Source: Mobula hypostoma
Taxonomy: Eukaryota
Direction: 5' to 3'
Length of the DNA: 64,000 nt
NCBI RefSeq assembly: GCF_963921235.1
Contig: NC_086097.1
Span: 41,356,001-41,420,000 of the forward strand
Below, piece by piece: positions 1 through 13,474 of the stretch. Numbering within the stretch: position 1 is the stretch's first letter; every line of letters starts with the position of its first letter. The position numbers and the translations under genes are program-made. The notes beneath the pieces are model-generated. The model made no database searches, was not told the DNA's origin, and saw only the letters and a program-made list of their open reading frames with translations.

Positions 1-266
1 GTCAACGGCCATCTAGCAAACACGTGCCGTGAAGCGCAGAAAGGGCATCCCTTGCATTGAAGCCTGGTCTGGCCATTCACTGCAATAGAACATCCCCCAG
101 GCGTCTTGGACCCCACCATGCCGCTGGATCTGGGAAGGGATGTCGAGAGGATGGGTCTGGACCTGTGCAACCCCCTACTCACCTAAAATCCACTCACGCA
201 CACGCTGTTCCTTTCTGTGGAGTGGGGTACCACCCCACTAACTGACTGAAAGGAACCATCATCATC
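1..266 (+). mobile_element. 3' end of an unclassified non-LTR retroelement/SINE with terminal stem-loop and (CAT)n tail
   Basis: GC-rich segment ending in hairpin GTTCCTTTC(207-215)/GAAAGGAAC(248-256) enclosing AGTGGGGT(221-228)/ACCCCACT(232-239), immediately followed by CATCATCATC (257-266). Confidence 0.45.
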
Positions 267-1454
267 CTATGGGATGGATAGCCAGAGAGAGGGAGAGACA
301 GAGAGAGACCCAGTAACAATAGGAAGGTATTAGTTTAGTCGGGTGTCTTTCCCAGTATTAACAGAAAGGCTAAGGAATAGAATGCCACATCATCATATTA
401 TCAGACTATCATTAGCCTAGAATGACTCATTATTAAATCAATCCTTCTTATTCTGTGCAAATATTTGAACAGCACCTTGCCTCATTGTTAAAGTGGTGAC
501 ATTGGTCTGGAGTTCCAGCTTGTCCCGTTATTAATGTTGTGTCATTATTCTCGAATGGCACTTTATCCCTGTATTAAAGTTGTGCATTGGTCGAAAGTTG
601 CACCTTGTGCAGAATAAGAAGGAAGGCACTGATCAGCGATGGCAGTTTTTAAGGATATGTTATGGGTATGGATTGGTATAATGTTCCTGATTTAAAGGAG
701 AAGTGCTTCCAGCTTTAAAATGATAAGACTGCCTTACAATCAGATTCTCCAGCAGCATTTAAGGCACATTGGGATTTATTTCTGATTTTTCACCCAGACA
801 GAGCTGTGCTAATTTTGTAGTAGTCCTGATTCTGTTTGGCTAATAAAGCACATTCCAGGGCCCAGACACATTCTCTAACTTAAAGAAGGAGCCAGAAATT
901 CAGTTTAATTGGATACTGAAATGGTTTAATGAGCCAGCGCCTGTATCCTATCTTACAAATCAGGGATATCTTTCCCTAAAGCATACCAAGTGTTGGAAAA
1001 TTCAGCAACTCCATTACAATGCCGTAAACTCCAGGTATCTCACCTTACTCTGAAAGTTGTAATGAATTCCTGTTTTCTACCTGCAACCTAAGTAATATCA
1101 GGATCATGTATATCTACAAATCTGCTCCTCCATCATAACTGCGCAGCAGGAGGATTTACAATTCACCTATGGATTTAGAGCCTGACCTTACTGGCGTTCC
1201 ATGGGATCAGGGAGTTTAAATTAATCTGGTAAGCTTTTATCTTGCTGTTCAGATAAATCTGATAAACACACAACTTAATCATAAGGTGGTACTGCACTCA
1301 GATGTCAGCAAGTCATGGTGGGTAATTTAGATTATGCTTCAATCAAATGCTTTTATGTCTAGGCTCTGGTGCTTTCAATGGAATACTTCATGAAACACTG
1401 TAGTTGAAGTCCACTCGGAGCCTGTTGAATGCATGCATGCTCCTCCATTACTAA

Positions 1455-2135
1455 ATATCCAAACATCTAACCTGGATGCGACATATTGATGCAGCTATAA
1501 AGAAGGCAAGACCGTGGCTATATTTTATCTGGAGTTGGAGGAGATATGGTTTGCAACTAAAACACTCTTCACACTTCTACAAATGTACTGTGGAAAGCAA
1601 TTCTGACAGGTTGCGTCAATCTCTGGTATTGGGAGACGGGTGGGGCTACTGCACAGGCTCAAAGTGAGTTGCAGAAATTTGTAAGATTAGTCAGCTCCAT
1701 CATGGGTACTAGTCTCTGCAGTATCCAAGACATCTTCAAGGAGTGGTGTCTTAGGAAGGTGGCGTCCATCATTAAGGACCCCCACCACCCGGGAAATGCC
1801 CTCTTCTCATTGTCACCATTGGGAAAGAAGTACAGAAGCCTGAAGGCACTCACTCAGCAATAAGGAACAACTTCTTCCCCTCTGCCATCCAATTTCTAAA
1901 TTGACATTGAACCCATGAATACTGCCTCTCTACTTTTCAATTTCAGATTTTTTTGCACTATTTATTTTAACTTAACTATTTTACATATACATATATATAT
2001 ATATATATATTTATTTATATGTGCTTACTGTAATTCAGTTTTATTCTCTATATTATTTACTATGTATTTCATTGTACTGCTGCCGTAGAGTTGACATCTG
2101 GTGGATATTCTTGACAAAAACCTGATTCTGATTCT
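1455..2135 (+). mobile_element. Rex1/Babar LINE, decayed 3' fragment
   Basis: ORFs 1476-1667 and 1669-1863 give KKA..LYF, FYKCTVES and ASIIKDPHHPGNALF motifs of the Rex1 C-terminus; (TA)n at ~1985-2020; CTGATTCTGATTCT tail. Confidence 0.8.
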
Positions 2136-2156
2136 ATAGATCTCTGCTTTGACTAG

Positions 2157-2245
2157 TACACACAAAATGCTGGAGGAACTTAGCAGGTCAGGGAGAATCC
2201 TTGGAAAGTAATAAAAAGTCAATGTTTTGGTCCAAGACTTTTTTT
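2157..2245 (-). mobile_element. Penelope terminal-repeat (pLTR) remnant, hammerhead region decayed
   Basis: ACACAAAATGCTGGAGGAACTTAGCAGGTCAGG is the reverse complement of the terminal-repeat family seen at 8580-8622 and 35670-35725. Confidence 0.6.
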
Positions 2246-2289
2246 TCCCTCCAGCTTTTTATGTGTGTTACTCCAGATTTCCAGCGTCT

Positions 2290-2940
2290 CAAAGTTCAGA
2301 GTTCAAAAGTTTAAAGTGAAATGTATTATTAGAGTACATACATGCCACTACATATAACCCTGAGATTTTTTTTCTGTGGGCATACTTAGCAAACCTATAG
2401 AACAGTAACTGTAAACTGTAAGCAAACTGTGTAAATGCAGATATAATTAAATAGCAATGAAAATGAGCATGAAATAACAATATAACGGAGTCCTTTAATG
2501 AGTGTATTTCCCATTATGTTCAAGAACCTGATGGCTGAGGGCAGTAACTGTTCTTGAACCTGGTGGTGTTAGTCCTGAGGCATCTGTTCCTTCTACCTGA
2601 TGGCAGCAGCGAGGAAAAAAAGCATTGCCTGGGTGGTGAGGATCTTTGATGATGGATGTTGCTTTTCTATGGCTACATTTCATGTAGATGTTCTCAATGG
2701 TTGGTAGAGTTTTACCCGTGATGCACTGTGCAAAATCCACCACACTTTGTAGGATTTTCTGCACAAAGGCATTGGTGTTTCCATACAAGACCACAATGCA
2801 GCTAGTCAGCACACTTCCCACCACACATCTATAGAAGTTTGCCAGGGTTTTCGATGACATGCTAAAGCTCTGCAGACTCCTCCATAGGAAGTAGAGGCAC
2901 TGTTGTGCTTTCTTCACAATAATATTTATATAATGGGTCC
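2290..2940 (-). mobile_element. Rex1/Babar LINE 3' fragment
   Basis: ORF 2495-2917: KKAQQCLYFL...NFYRCVVGSVLTSCI..LYGN...IIKDPHHPG; (TTCAAAG)-type tail at ~2290-2315. Confidence 0.85.
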
Positions 2941-3859
2941 TGGATCTGGATAATTTCTTGTGTTAATGATCTCTGCCTTGAGTATTCTGGCATCTATCAC
3001 TGCATAGCTTCTTGGATTTAAAGCAGCAAGGGTTCATTGCCCTTAGGATGAAGAAATTAATTCTGAAATCTATCCTGAATGGCCGATCCTTATATTGTGA
3101 TGCACATTCCTAAACTCTTCACATCATCCTAGGGAAACATTATCCCTGCAAATTTATCATTTGAAGATTATAATATTAAAATACTTAAATTTAAAAAAAA
3201 ACACTGTAATGCTGACTGTCCGTTGCGTCTTTTGATGAAGCTCACTAGATTTAGTTTGCAATCACAAGAGAAGGATATGATTCTTTACAGACCATTGACA
3301 AGCAGATTAAAATAATCCAATGATTGATGTCAGCAGACTGATTTTGTAGATTAAAGAACTGCACATTAATTCCTAGATAAAGTCAAATTAACTATGATGT
3401 GAATTTTTGTTGAACCACTTCAGATTTCAGAAACAAGTTAAAGTTTCTTAACCTAAACAGTCAGGCTAATGTGATACAAGATGTAACTCTTAATAACTAA
3501 CAAGTTAATGTGAAGCTAAAATGAAATTCATATCTAATGAAAATGAGGTATTAAATGAGGTATTAAATGTTTAAATGTCACTGGATTTGAATCCAATGTG
3601 CTTTATATGCATTTGACAAAATCTGATGAAAATGCATACAGTGAACTTGACAGTTGATTACCTTTCTGGTCTCATTGAAACATACAAAAGTCTTGACAGA
3701 ATAAATTTAGCAATTTTGTTTTTCCCACCTGGGCTCTCAAGAAGGATTTTGAAAGTGAGATGTTGCCACTTCAGGCCTGAAAAGAGAACAAGTGTCTTCA
3801 CTTAAAGAGGGCTGTGCAGTATAAGATATTAAGTATATTCAAACATATTCTCCCTTTAC

Positions 3860-3957
3860 AACACATACAAAATGCTGGAGAAACTCAACAGGTCAGGCAA
3901 CATCTATGGAAATGAATAAGCAGTCGATGTTTCAGGCCAAGACCCTTCTTCATGATC
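3860..3957 (-). mobile_element. Penelope pLTR remnant with mutated hammerhead motif
   Basis: Reverse strand reads ATGAAGA-AGGGTCTTGGCCT-GAAA-CATC-GACTG followed by the conserved pLTR 3' end; the first core base C is changed to A. Confidence 0.7.
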
Positions 3958-4204
3958 TCCTTTATACTTGTTCCCAGTGTTTGAGATGAATGCAATCATT
4001 GAGTCTAACCAGGTCTGACATGACAGCAGTAAGTGCAGAAGTTGGTATTCCACAACTTCAGCTGGGGTACAGCACAATGATGAGTTAAATATTGGAGGAC
4101 TTCTGTCATTATCTTCAGTACTTTCCATATTTGTGCTGGAGCTCAGAAATTCCTGGACAGCTCCAGATGGAAACACCAGCATTGGCATTTGGAAGAGCAT
4201 TTTG

Positions 4205-4865
4205 AGTCTGGGGTGAGGAAAACAAACGTGATGTTAGCATTCATTGTAAGAGGATGAGAATATAAAAGCAAGAATATAACATTGATGCTTTATAAAGCAC
4301 TGGTGAGGCCTCACTTGGAGTATTGGGAGCAGTTTTGGACCTCTTATCTTAGCAGGATGGAGAGAGTTCAAAGGAGGTTCACAAAAATTATTCCAGGATT
4401 TGACAACTTGTCATATGAAGAGCTTTTGATGGCTCTGCACCTGTACTCACTAGAATTCAGAAGAATGAGGAGTGACCTGATTGAAGCCTACTGAACGGTG
4501 AAAGGCCTTGATAAAGTGGATGTGGAGAAGTCGTTTCCTGTGATGGGAGAGTCTAAGACCAGAAGACACAGCCTCAGAATAGAGGGGCATCCTTTTAAAA
4601 CAGAGATGAGGAGGAATTTCTTTAGTCAGAGAGTGGTGAATTTGTGGAATTCATTGCCACAGGCAGCTGTTGAGGCCAAGTCTTTACTTATATTTAAGGC
4701 AGAGGCTAATAAATTATTGATTGGTCAGGACATGAAGGGATACGGGGAGAAGGCAGGTGATTGGGGCTGAGAGGAAATTTGGATCAGCCATAATGAAATG
4801 GCAGAGCAGACTCAATGGGCCAAATGGTCTAATTCTGCTCCTATATCTTACGGTCTTATGGTCTT
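4205..4865 (+). mobile_element. CR1 LINE 3' fragment
   Basis: LYKALVRPHLEY, ERVQRRFT and RRNFFSQRVVNLWNSLP motifs; short repeat tail CTTACGGTCTTATGGTCT. Confidence 0.9.
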
Positions 4866-6949
4866 GTGACCCAAGCCATTCATTCAGTTCAATCCACCTC
4901 CTGAACTGCAAAATAAAAGGTAAGATAAGCATGTTAATCAAATTGGGAAAGAAAAGGAGACAAGAAATACTGCTGACCAAATTAACAGTTACAGGAAAGG
5001 GAATGGGATAGGAATGAAGATTACATGAGTGAGAGGCAAGTTACAATCACCACAGAAAAAGGAGCAAAGCTTCTTCAATGTCAACATTTCTGGATAAATG
5101 TGTCTTTAACTTCAACATTAGCTCTGCCTGTTTACATATTATGTGGTTCATTTTCCAATGTTTGAATCTAGTGGCATTTCCCTTTTGCCATTGAACTGAA
5201 GGCACTAGCAATTCAAATCACTATGAGCTTAGCCTGTTTTAAATGTTGATTTTGTTCAGATTCAGTTCACAGTTAATGGAAATTTGCACAACACCAGTAG
5301 GAGTACTTTCTGCGGGGATAAACCAGTACAAGAATTATCAGAAGACAGCAGAAGAAAACTATATACCATTCCCTGAAACTCCCACCTGAACTGACTGCTT
5401 ACCCAAAACTGGGCTACTAAACCCTGGCGAACAGAGGCATTGCTGTTTAAAATGCAAAGTGCAGTGTAAAAAACCTTATATCTCACAAGTTCTTTCAATT
5501 TTGCTCCTATTACGATGTCAAATGAACTTCAGTCGACGTAAGCAGGAGAATTCCCTGTTTGAAAGGGTATTGATGTAGGAAGGCTATCTGAGGGATGTAA
5601 CTCCCCAGTGAGGTTGATCACACTGCCACAGCTTTCAGCCCAGCAACTAGATAAATTAATCGTGGATATAATTTTCAATTTATTCTGTGGCAGTGACAAT
5701 AGCAGGACAAGCAATCAAGTTAAAGCACTCAAGCCCTAGTGGTATGTACTGTGTAGCTTAGTAGGCAGAAATTGGTTTCAGAGCTACATTTGCAGAACAA
5801 TGCCCGGGAGAGACAAGGAGACCATTTTATTAACTTGCTGAGGTTGGTGTTAACAAGATATTAACAATCTCAGAACAGTGGGAAATTCACTATCTTGTCA
5901 GCACCAATGTTCTGTCCACTGCCATTTTGCAGCGATTACTGTTGGGCAGCCAACTTTTCTTATTGCGGGTAACTGAATGTGAAAAGCTGATCCTTGTAGC
6001 AGGAATCGGAGTCTGGTTGTCACTTTGGGACTGAATATAGAAGAAGCTGGATCAGATGCATAAGTGATAATTTTTTTTTTGTTATTATATTGTAAGCAAT
6101 GACTGAAATTGCCAAAACCTCTGACTCCAATGCTGATTGTTAGGCTGTATCTGGATTGGGCCTGGGCATCAGGTGAATGACTAAAGCCAGACCATAAGGA
6201 ATTAGGAACCTCACAACCTGGGAACTGGTAGGTTTGTACTTTGCCTGGTTTCTTCCTTTCTGAAGTGTATATGAGGATGCCCCTTCACTCCTTGCAAGTT
6301 ACTTTTTATAACCTCCTTCCCCTTCAGCCATTCGAGTTGGTAGAACTGAATGCACCTTGTTTGCAATCATAACACACACAACACAAGCAACGTGCTGCAG
6401 CACCAATGAACTAAAATATTAGAAAACAGTAACAGTAATAAATGAAAAAGATAAGCAGCCTGTGTATGCTGCACACAAAAGGAAATATGGATAAGGAAAT
6501 GTTACTGAATAAGTGGAAAGGGATTGAAAGATTTGCTCAAAGGTCAGATATAATGCATTTAAAATATTCATGCCTTGGATAAGTCTATAAAGGTTGATGG
6601 GTGTTTGTATTTTAAATTAATTTCCATCATGGGTAGATGCTCCCTTGGGGCTTTGATTTCTTTGTCATTGAACCAGTATTTTTCAATAACCTGACACCAG
6701 AGCATGTTATGAGAATATGCACTAATCAATGCTATTGGAGAAATCTTTTGAAGAAAGAAACAATCCCCAAAGGTTTGACTTCACAGAGTCTTCATTAACC
6801 TAACCGATAGTAGAAACAATTGAACCAGTGTCAATCTGATGAGGATAGCAAGGAAAAAGTATTAAGGATATCAAAATCAGACAAAGAAGATAGAAAAGGG
6901 TGTCTTCCTGAGACAGTACTAGAGACACTTGATTCTTTGTTCTTGCGAA

Positions 6950-7110
6950 CATGGCAATATCACCACGTTCTGTGGAAAGAGCCCAAAGTTAATGTTTCAT
7001 GATGAAGAACCCAATTCTGATGATGGGTGTTCGATCTGAAACATTAATTCTGATGCTCTTACGATGAATGTGACCTGCCCTGCAGAGTAATTCCAGCATT
7101 TTCTGTTTTT
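6950..7110 (+). mobile_element. Older Penelope pLTR inverted pair with hammerhead core
   Basis: AATT-CTGATGA(7017-7023)-TGGGTGTTCGATCT-GAAA(7038-7041)-CATT-AATT followed by a pLTR-like end (..TTCCAGCATTTTCTG); an inverted partial copy (GTTAATGTTTCA) lies just upstream. Confidence 0.55.
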
Positions 7111-7149
7111 TTTGTTTTAGTTTTCTAGCATTATTTTTTGATATTCATC

Positions 7150-7520
7150 TTAAAGATACAAAGATCAGCTTTATTTATCACATGTACGTTGGGAAATACA
7201 ACGAAATGTGTCGTTTGCCTCACCTTTTCTTTGTGATGCACTGGGGGCAGCGTGAAATGTCGCCACACTTCCGGCACCAACAGGGCATGCTCACAATTCA
7301 CTAAACCTAAATGTACATCTTTTGGAATGTGGGAGGAAGCGGAGCAGTCGGAGGAAGCCCAGGTGGTCACCAGGAGAACATACGCACTCCTTGCAGACAG
7401 TAACAAGAATCGAACCCCAATCAGTGATCATAGAGCGTAGTTCTTAGAACATTACATCATAGTACAGGCCCTTTGGCCCTCTTTGGCACTGTAAAGCAAT
7501 AGTGCTAGCCTCTACTCTGT
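7150..7520 (-). mobile_element. tRNA-derived V-SINE
   Basis: V-domain-like TCTTTTGGAATGTGGGAGGAAGCGGAGCA; (AAAGAT)-type tail at ~7150; interrupted by a short CR1 tail at ~7445-7480. Confidence 0.65.
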
Positions 7521-8484
7521 GCTATACTATTAATTTAATTGGCTGTTATCCTTATTTTGTTTTGTCCTGTGTTCTACATTACAACAAAGAAATAAAGATT
7601 TATAGGTACGTAATACAAAGTGCTTTGCCCATGTCTCACATTCTTTTTACAGAGGTACATTTATTTCTATTTCTCAAAGAATCAAAAAAAGTACATTTAT
7701 TGTCGAAGTATGCATAAATTATACAACTTTGAGATTTGTCCACTTACAAGCAGCCACAAAACAAGAAACCCGAAACAACCCAATTTAAAAAGTAAAGACC
7801 AACACCCAATACATAGAGAAAGAGAAAAAAAAACACAAATCATGCGAACAATCGAAGTGAGCAACAGCATTCCGAACCAGATTGAATTTCTCCACCCGTT
7901 CCTAATACCACATGAGGCATTTGTTCAGCCATTCAGTTAGTTTATGACCAATCTGTAACTTATTTTGTTTGGAAGTGGCCTGCATTTAATTATAACATCA
8001 TGCTCTCTGATTCTGGATGCCCACTGAAAAGGACATTTTCTTGTAATCCCATAGGTTCATTTCAAGCAGGTACACACTCTGGAGTATAAACCATGTATTT
8101 TCAACTTGTTTTTGACAAGTGAACACTTTAACACATCATTGAATTTCAATTGCATCCTTCCCATGTAAATATTTCTTTGCAGAATATCCAGAGTTGAGTG
8201 CACACTCCTGAATTCCACTTTAATTATTTAGTTGCAGTTTGTTCTGGTGCACAAGTTTTCAGTTAATCAAATGTGTGTAAGTCTCAGCATTAAATCAAAA
8301 GGGAAGGACCTTTGATGACACATCTGACCAATCTGAGATAAGTTTTGTATTACCAAAAGCTCAGATACTCAGGATTCAACTCTTTAGGATATAGAAAGAT
8401 TATTGGAAGGAGAAATGTGCAGTGAACTAGCAAAATTTGAAAGCATAAGTTCCTTGGAAAATAGTGTTCTTTCTTCCACTTATG

Positions 8485-8848
8485 GTCGGCACCGTCCCAG
8501 AAACCCCTGACAAACCCGATTAACTCTAACCTGCTGAAGGGTCTCGGCCCGAAATGTCAACTGTACTGTTTTCCATAGATACTGCCTGGCCTGCTGAGTT
8601 CCTCCAGCATTTTGTGTGTGTGACTCTAACCTAATCACGGGACAATTTACAATGACCAATTAACCTGCCCAGTATGTCTTTGGACTGTGGGAGGAAACTG
8701 GAGCACCCGGGGAAAACCCACGCATTCCACGGAGAGGATGTTCTGAAACCCCCTACAGAACGACACCGGAATTGAACCTTGAACCCTGAAGCCTGGAACA
8801 CTCGGAGCTGTAATAGCGTCGCTCTAACCGCTATGCTACTGTGGCGCT
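8485..8848 (-). mobile_element. tRNA-derived V-SINE interrupted by a pLTR insertion
   Basis: V-domain GTCTTTGGACTGTGGGAGGAAACTGGAGCACCCGGGGAAAACCC; on the minus strand A box TAGCATAGCGG and B box GGTTCAATTCC. Confidence 0.8.
8531..8622 (+). mobile_element. Solo ~92-bp Penelope pLTR/hammerhead-derived insertion with TSD
   Basis: CTGCTGA-AGGGTCTCGGCCC-GAAA-TGTC-AACTG plus pLTR end; direct repeat ACTCTAACCT at 8523-8532 and 8623-8632 (the last 2 nt of the left copy overlap the element start). Confidence 0.85.
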
Positions 8849-9120
8849 CAGTGTTGATGGGATATTTAAGAGCCTTAAAGTTTCATCTGTAGGTAGACCA
8901 GACCTCAAAAGTACAAAGGACAGGGATCATGGCTGGCAAACTATGAGCTTTGTATCAGGTCAGAGTTCTTAATCATCGAACATCCTTTATGTCAGGCATT
9001 CAAGGGCTGTGCTGCAAATTTGAACGCAGTGCTGAATTGATGTTGACTGCTTCTGTCCCTAATGAATTCATTTCTATTTTTAGTTCTCCTTTGGGTAGGA
9101 GCTTTGGATATTTGGCCATT

Positions 9121-10265
9121 AGTTTAAAGTAAATTTGTTATCAAAGTGTGTGTGTGTGTGTGTGTGTGCGTAAAAGTACATATAAGAAACATATAAAGGA
9201 GGGAGGAGAAGATGGCAGCACGACGCAGCGTGTGTGGCCGTTCGGAATGAATATCGATATGTGTAACTAGGGGCTGTGCATCAATCCGGATTTGATGGAG
9301 ACAGCCGTGAGAAGTGCAGAGGAACATCTGGAGTAACTTTTGAAATGCCTGCTTCGCTGCCACTGCTACTGTGCGATCGAGAATCTCCGGAGACGTAGGC
9401 CCCAAATCCTCGGCTTTGCCTACTGCCTGTTGCCGGGGCCGGGGTCAAAACACTCGGCAGAGATGGTGCTCGGTGCATCGGTGTTGGGAGGTGGTCAGAG
9501 GCTTGGAGTTTTTTGGACGGACTCAGAGTCGGACTGTGGTCGGATCCTTCCAGGATGCTGCATCGGCAAGCTGGCGGCGCTGGGAGTTTACCGTCTGCGT
9601 GAGATGATGGGACTTTGAGAGACTCTGAGACTTTTACTGTGCCATGGTCTGTTCTTATCAAATTACGGTATTGCTTTGCACTGTTGTAACTATATGTTAT
9701 AATTATGTGGTTTTTGTTAGTTTTTAAGTCGGTTTGTCATGTGTTTTTCGTGATATCATTCTGAAAAAACATTTTAATCATTTCTTAATGCATGCATTAC
9801 TAAATGACAATAAAAGGGGACTGCGTGTCCTCATAATCATATCATATCATATATACCACCTTGAGATTCATTTTCTTGCATGCATTTACAGGAAAAAAGA
9901 AATGCAATAGAATTTTATTGAAATCTGTCCATAAACAGACAAAGACTGACAAACAACCTATGTACAAAAGAAGACAAACTGCAAATAAAAGTAATACTGA
10001 GAACATGAGTTGAAAAGAGGCCTCGAAAGTGTATCTGTAGGTTATAGATTCAGATCTGAGGCAAGTAAGTGAAGTTATTTGCACTGGTTCAGGAGCCTGA
10101 TGGTTGTAGGGTAATAACACTTTCTGTACCTGGTGGTGTGGGGTGTAATGTTGTACCTCCTGTCCGATGATATGCTGCTTTCTTATGACAGTGCTTCATG
10201 GAAGTATACTTAGAGGTGGGAAGGACTTCACCTGTGATGCACTGGGCTGTTTCCATCACTTTCTT
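9121..10265 (-). mobile_element. Rex1/Babar 3' UTR/C-terminus (host of the 9198-9850 insertion); (GT)n at ~9146-9167
   Basis: AAAGTAAATTTGTTATCAAAGT tail side resumes at ~9851 (ATATACCACCTTGAGATTCATTTTCTTG), homologous to 2310-2380. Confidence 0.7.
9198..9850 (+). mobile_element. Non-coding, non-autonomous retroelement starting AAGATGGC (copy 1)
   Basis: CpG-rich 5' half, AT-rich 3' half ending AATGACAATAAA plus (ATCAT)n; homologous along its length to 31250-31890. Confidence 0.7.
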
Positions 10266-13200
10266 TGAGATGGTTGACCTTGATCATCTTGGATCAATGC
10301 TCACCAGTTCCACCACGTCTGAAATAACCACCCCACTGTCACAGTGAATTTCAATTTTGACAAGACATTGCCATCAGTGGACAGAACTTTCAAGCTGCTG
10401 GATTGAGTCATAATGTGATGCCAACCATACCCAAACTCAGTGGCAAATCATCTAAAGCTATCTTCCCTCCCATGTTGAACGTATAGTTATATGAAGATAT
10501 AAAGTAGATGCAGGCAAAAACATATTACATTGATCACCTTTTGTCTGAAAATAAGGTTTGTTATATTTGCCATTTCTGTAGTTTTACAAATGAACTTAAT
10601 TTCATATTAATGATTCTACAGCCAAGAAATCTTTTTTTTAAAAGAAATTGATCCCAATGGCTACTTGCTTCTTCACTTGTATTCAACTCAATAAGTCTCC
10701 CTCAAGAAATTTAGAACTATGCGCTCAAGCTCTCAAGCTTCCCATTATTAGTCCATCCTTTGCCCAGTCATTGCCTCCCATCAACTTCGAAGTTCCTGCA
10801 TGCTGACAAATCTTTACTCTCCCTCTTGTTGTTCCCCAGATCACAGAGTGAGCCAGACACCACCATCTTCTCCCAACCCCCCTCTGCCACATAGGACCTC
10901 ATTCATTCCGAGACCTTTTGCCACTCAGTGGCTCAGTTGCACTAGAAGCACTCGACAAAATCACTGACTAATGAGTCGTGTCTACGTGGAGATGCAGAAA
11001 ACTAGGAGCTTGAGCTCCAAGGGGTTTGAGAGTGAGCGGAAGGTCAGTGGCATAGAAATGCCAAAGGACCTGATTGATCCACCCACCTTTTGACTCGAAA
11101 TGGCAAGGAGCACAGGCAGTTAGAGCAGTGACTATTTGCATTCACTTTGAACAATATATGCATGCAACTAGTGAGAGAGCTGAAAAAGTAATGAGGTCAG
11201 TAAAGATAACTACACATGACGTCACTGGCAACGTGGAAAATAATGCATTTTTTTAAAGCTGTAATTAGCAAGAAAGCAGATAAAGCATAAAATGCATGAT
11301 TCTGATTCTTCTAACACTCCACTTTTCTCTATGAAATTGCTTCTGTCATATAGGATTACTGACAATCCAGGAAAAAAAATGAACAGTTAAAAAGAGCATG
11401 TTATCTTCAAAATGTACAGCTCTCTGCCTCAAGACCAGTATTCTTACATTCACAACTCATACTTTGTTACACAGTGAGGATTATATTTTACATGCAAATT
11501 GATTCATTCAAATCAATCAGTTCACTTTCACACACACTACGCAGTCAAGCTTACTCTGAGAAACAAACACAGTAATGGTGTAATTGATCTGCAGACATTT
11601 CACCATCGTCACATTCTAAAACAGGGGAGAACGTTTCACAGAGGCAGATTAGGCATTTTCTTTTGGTCATCACCACAAATGTAAAATGTGGAGAAGAGAG
11701 ACATTAACCTTATTCATTCTTCCAGTAGTGATGGACTGAGCTCTTGGTGTCATTTGGCACACAAGGCAGATAATGATTACTACAAGGTCTTAGTGAGGTC
11801 CTACTGAATGGATGCATTCACTTAACAGAGAGTATCCTTTTGTCATGGGGGACAAAATGACATTGAAACCACATGAATCTGTATGGTTCCAATGTCATTT
11901 AAACCAGTCAAAGAGTCACTGGAGAGCAGAGAAAACACAAAACCAGGAGATTGTAAGTCTACAGAAGAAGGAGATTGCTAATCCATTTTTCTTTGTTCAC
12001 TCTAATGGAGCCTACTATCCCCCAGTTGCAGAATCTGGTTGTCTTTCTAACAATTTCAGAGTCCACTAAATTGGCTACTCTTTGTCTGAAGTGGAATTCC
12101 AGATATCAATCTTTTAATTTGCTCTTTCCTTCAATGCATCTAGTCATACTTCCAGTTTAGTACAAACTAGTTTATCAGATTTACCTTTTCTATATGGTTT
12201 ACCACATTTTATAAGGTCAACTTTTTAACACTTTCCACCATCATGCCTGTAAAGCTCAGTTGAAGATGACTTTGAAAGACCTTGTGAAGAACGGGTCTCA
12301 GAACTCCAATATGTTTGTCTGAGCATACTGCGGTTTGAGATCATTCAAATTGATATGTGTACTGGAGTACAGTAGTTGGATGTGTGTGTAAATGGACCTA
12401 TTATCTATTCCATGTTATTGTTCTTAGATAAAACACAGCTTATGAATATAGATTTCTTTTAGCTTAAAACTATTTTCTGTTAAATTGTTTGATAATTGAC
12501 TTTCTTTGGCAATAAGCTACCAGTTGCTTGTATAATTTATATGGGAATTGCAAATTTGTCTTCGTAAAATTGGATGCAGAGTTACTCCATAAATGTAATG
12601 AAGGAAAGAATGACCATATCAGAAACAGCAGAATTTGGCTTTAATTTTAAGTTGTTATTTCAAATACAGACTGTCTCAGCTACTCCTTCCAGCAAGCAAT
12701 GTCTGTCCTTGGCTATCCAATAACTACCACTGATCAGCTAATAGCATTCCTACACACAGCAACAGTTATAACTAAAAGACATCAGTCAGTTGGAACAGTA
12801 CTACAAGAAAAGGAATTACCATTAAAGCCTATCTCCTGTGGCCAGTATGATTGATTTACAGATGTAACACAGGCAGTACTTCAGGTATGGAGCCGAAATG
12901 AGGATGGAAATATCTTGGTCTGCACTCTAGGTGTACGGGTATGAACCGTGCATGATTTTAAAACAATAGTAGGAGTCAGGCCATTGGAGGATTATTCTCC
13001 TTTGATTAGTTAGCAGGATGAGTCAAAACGATCTTCTTGTCAAAATACTGACTTGTATTTGCAAAAGTGTCTGCTTTGTGACTCCTCAGGGTTTGTGCTT
13101 GTGCCACTAACACAACAAAAATTATCTTCACTCTGATTGTTGGCTGGAGCTGATTGACATTGCAACTGCTTGACAATTCCAAATGTTGGACATCAAGAAC

Positions 13201-13474
13201 ACCAAAACAATTAATGTAATTTGTAGTTAACTTATTTTTTAATGATTAAATATGTTGATAGTTTAAAATATTTTTAGAACTTTAAAAACTTTGCAAACGA
13301 CCTAGAAATTCCAAACCTCAGGCAAATAGATCAAGATAATGTTGATAATTTCGTTTTTAGCTTTACCGAATTGCCAAAGGCACTTCAAGAAGACGTTAAT
13401 TTATTTTGATGGATTTTATGCTAATTATTTGTTACTGATATCCTTGGCACATAACCTAATCTCACATTTAAGAT

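Noticed and set aside
9281..9661. Overlapping 78-126 aa ORFs in the AAGATGGC element
   Set aside because: Frames are not conserved in the homologous copy at 31250-31890; the ORFs reflect GC richness.
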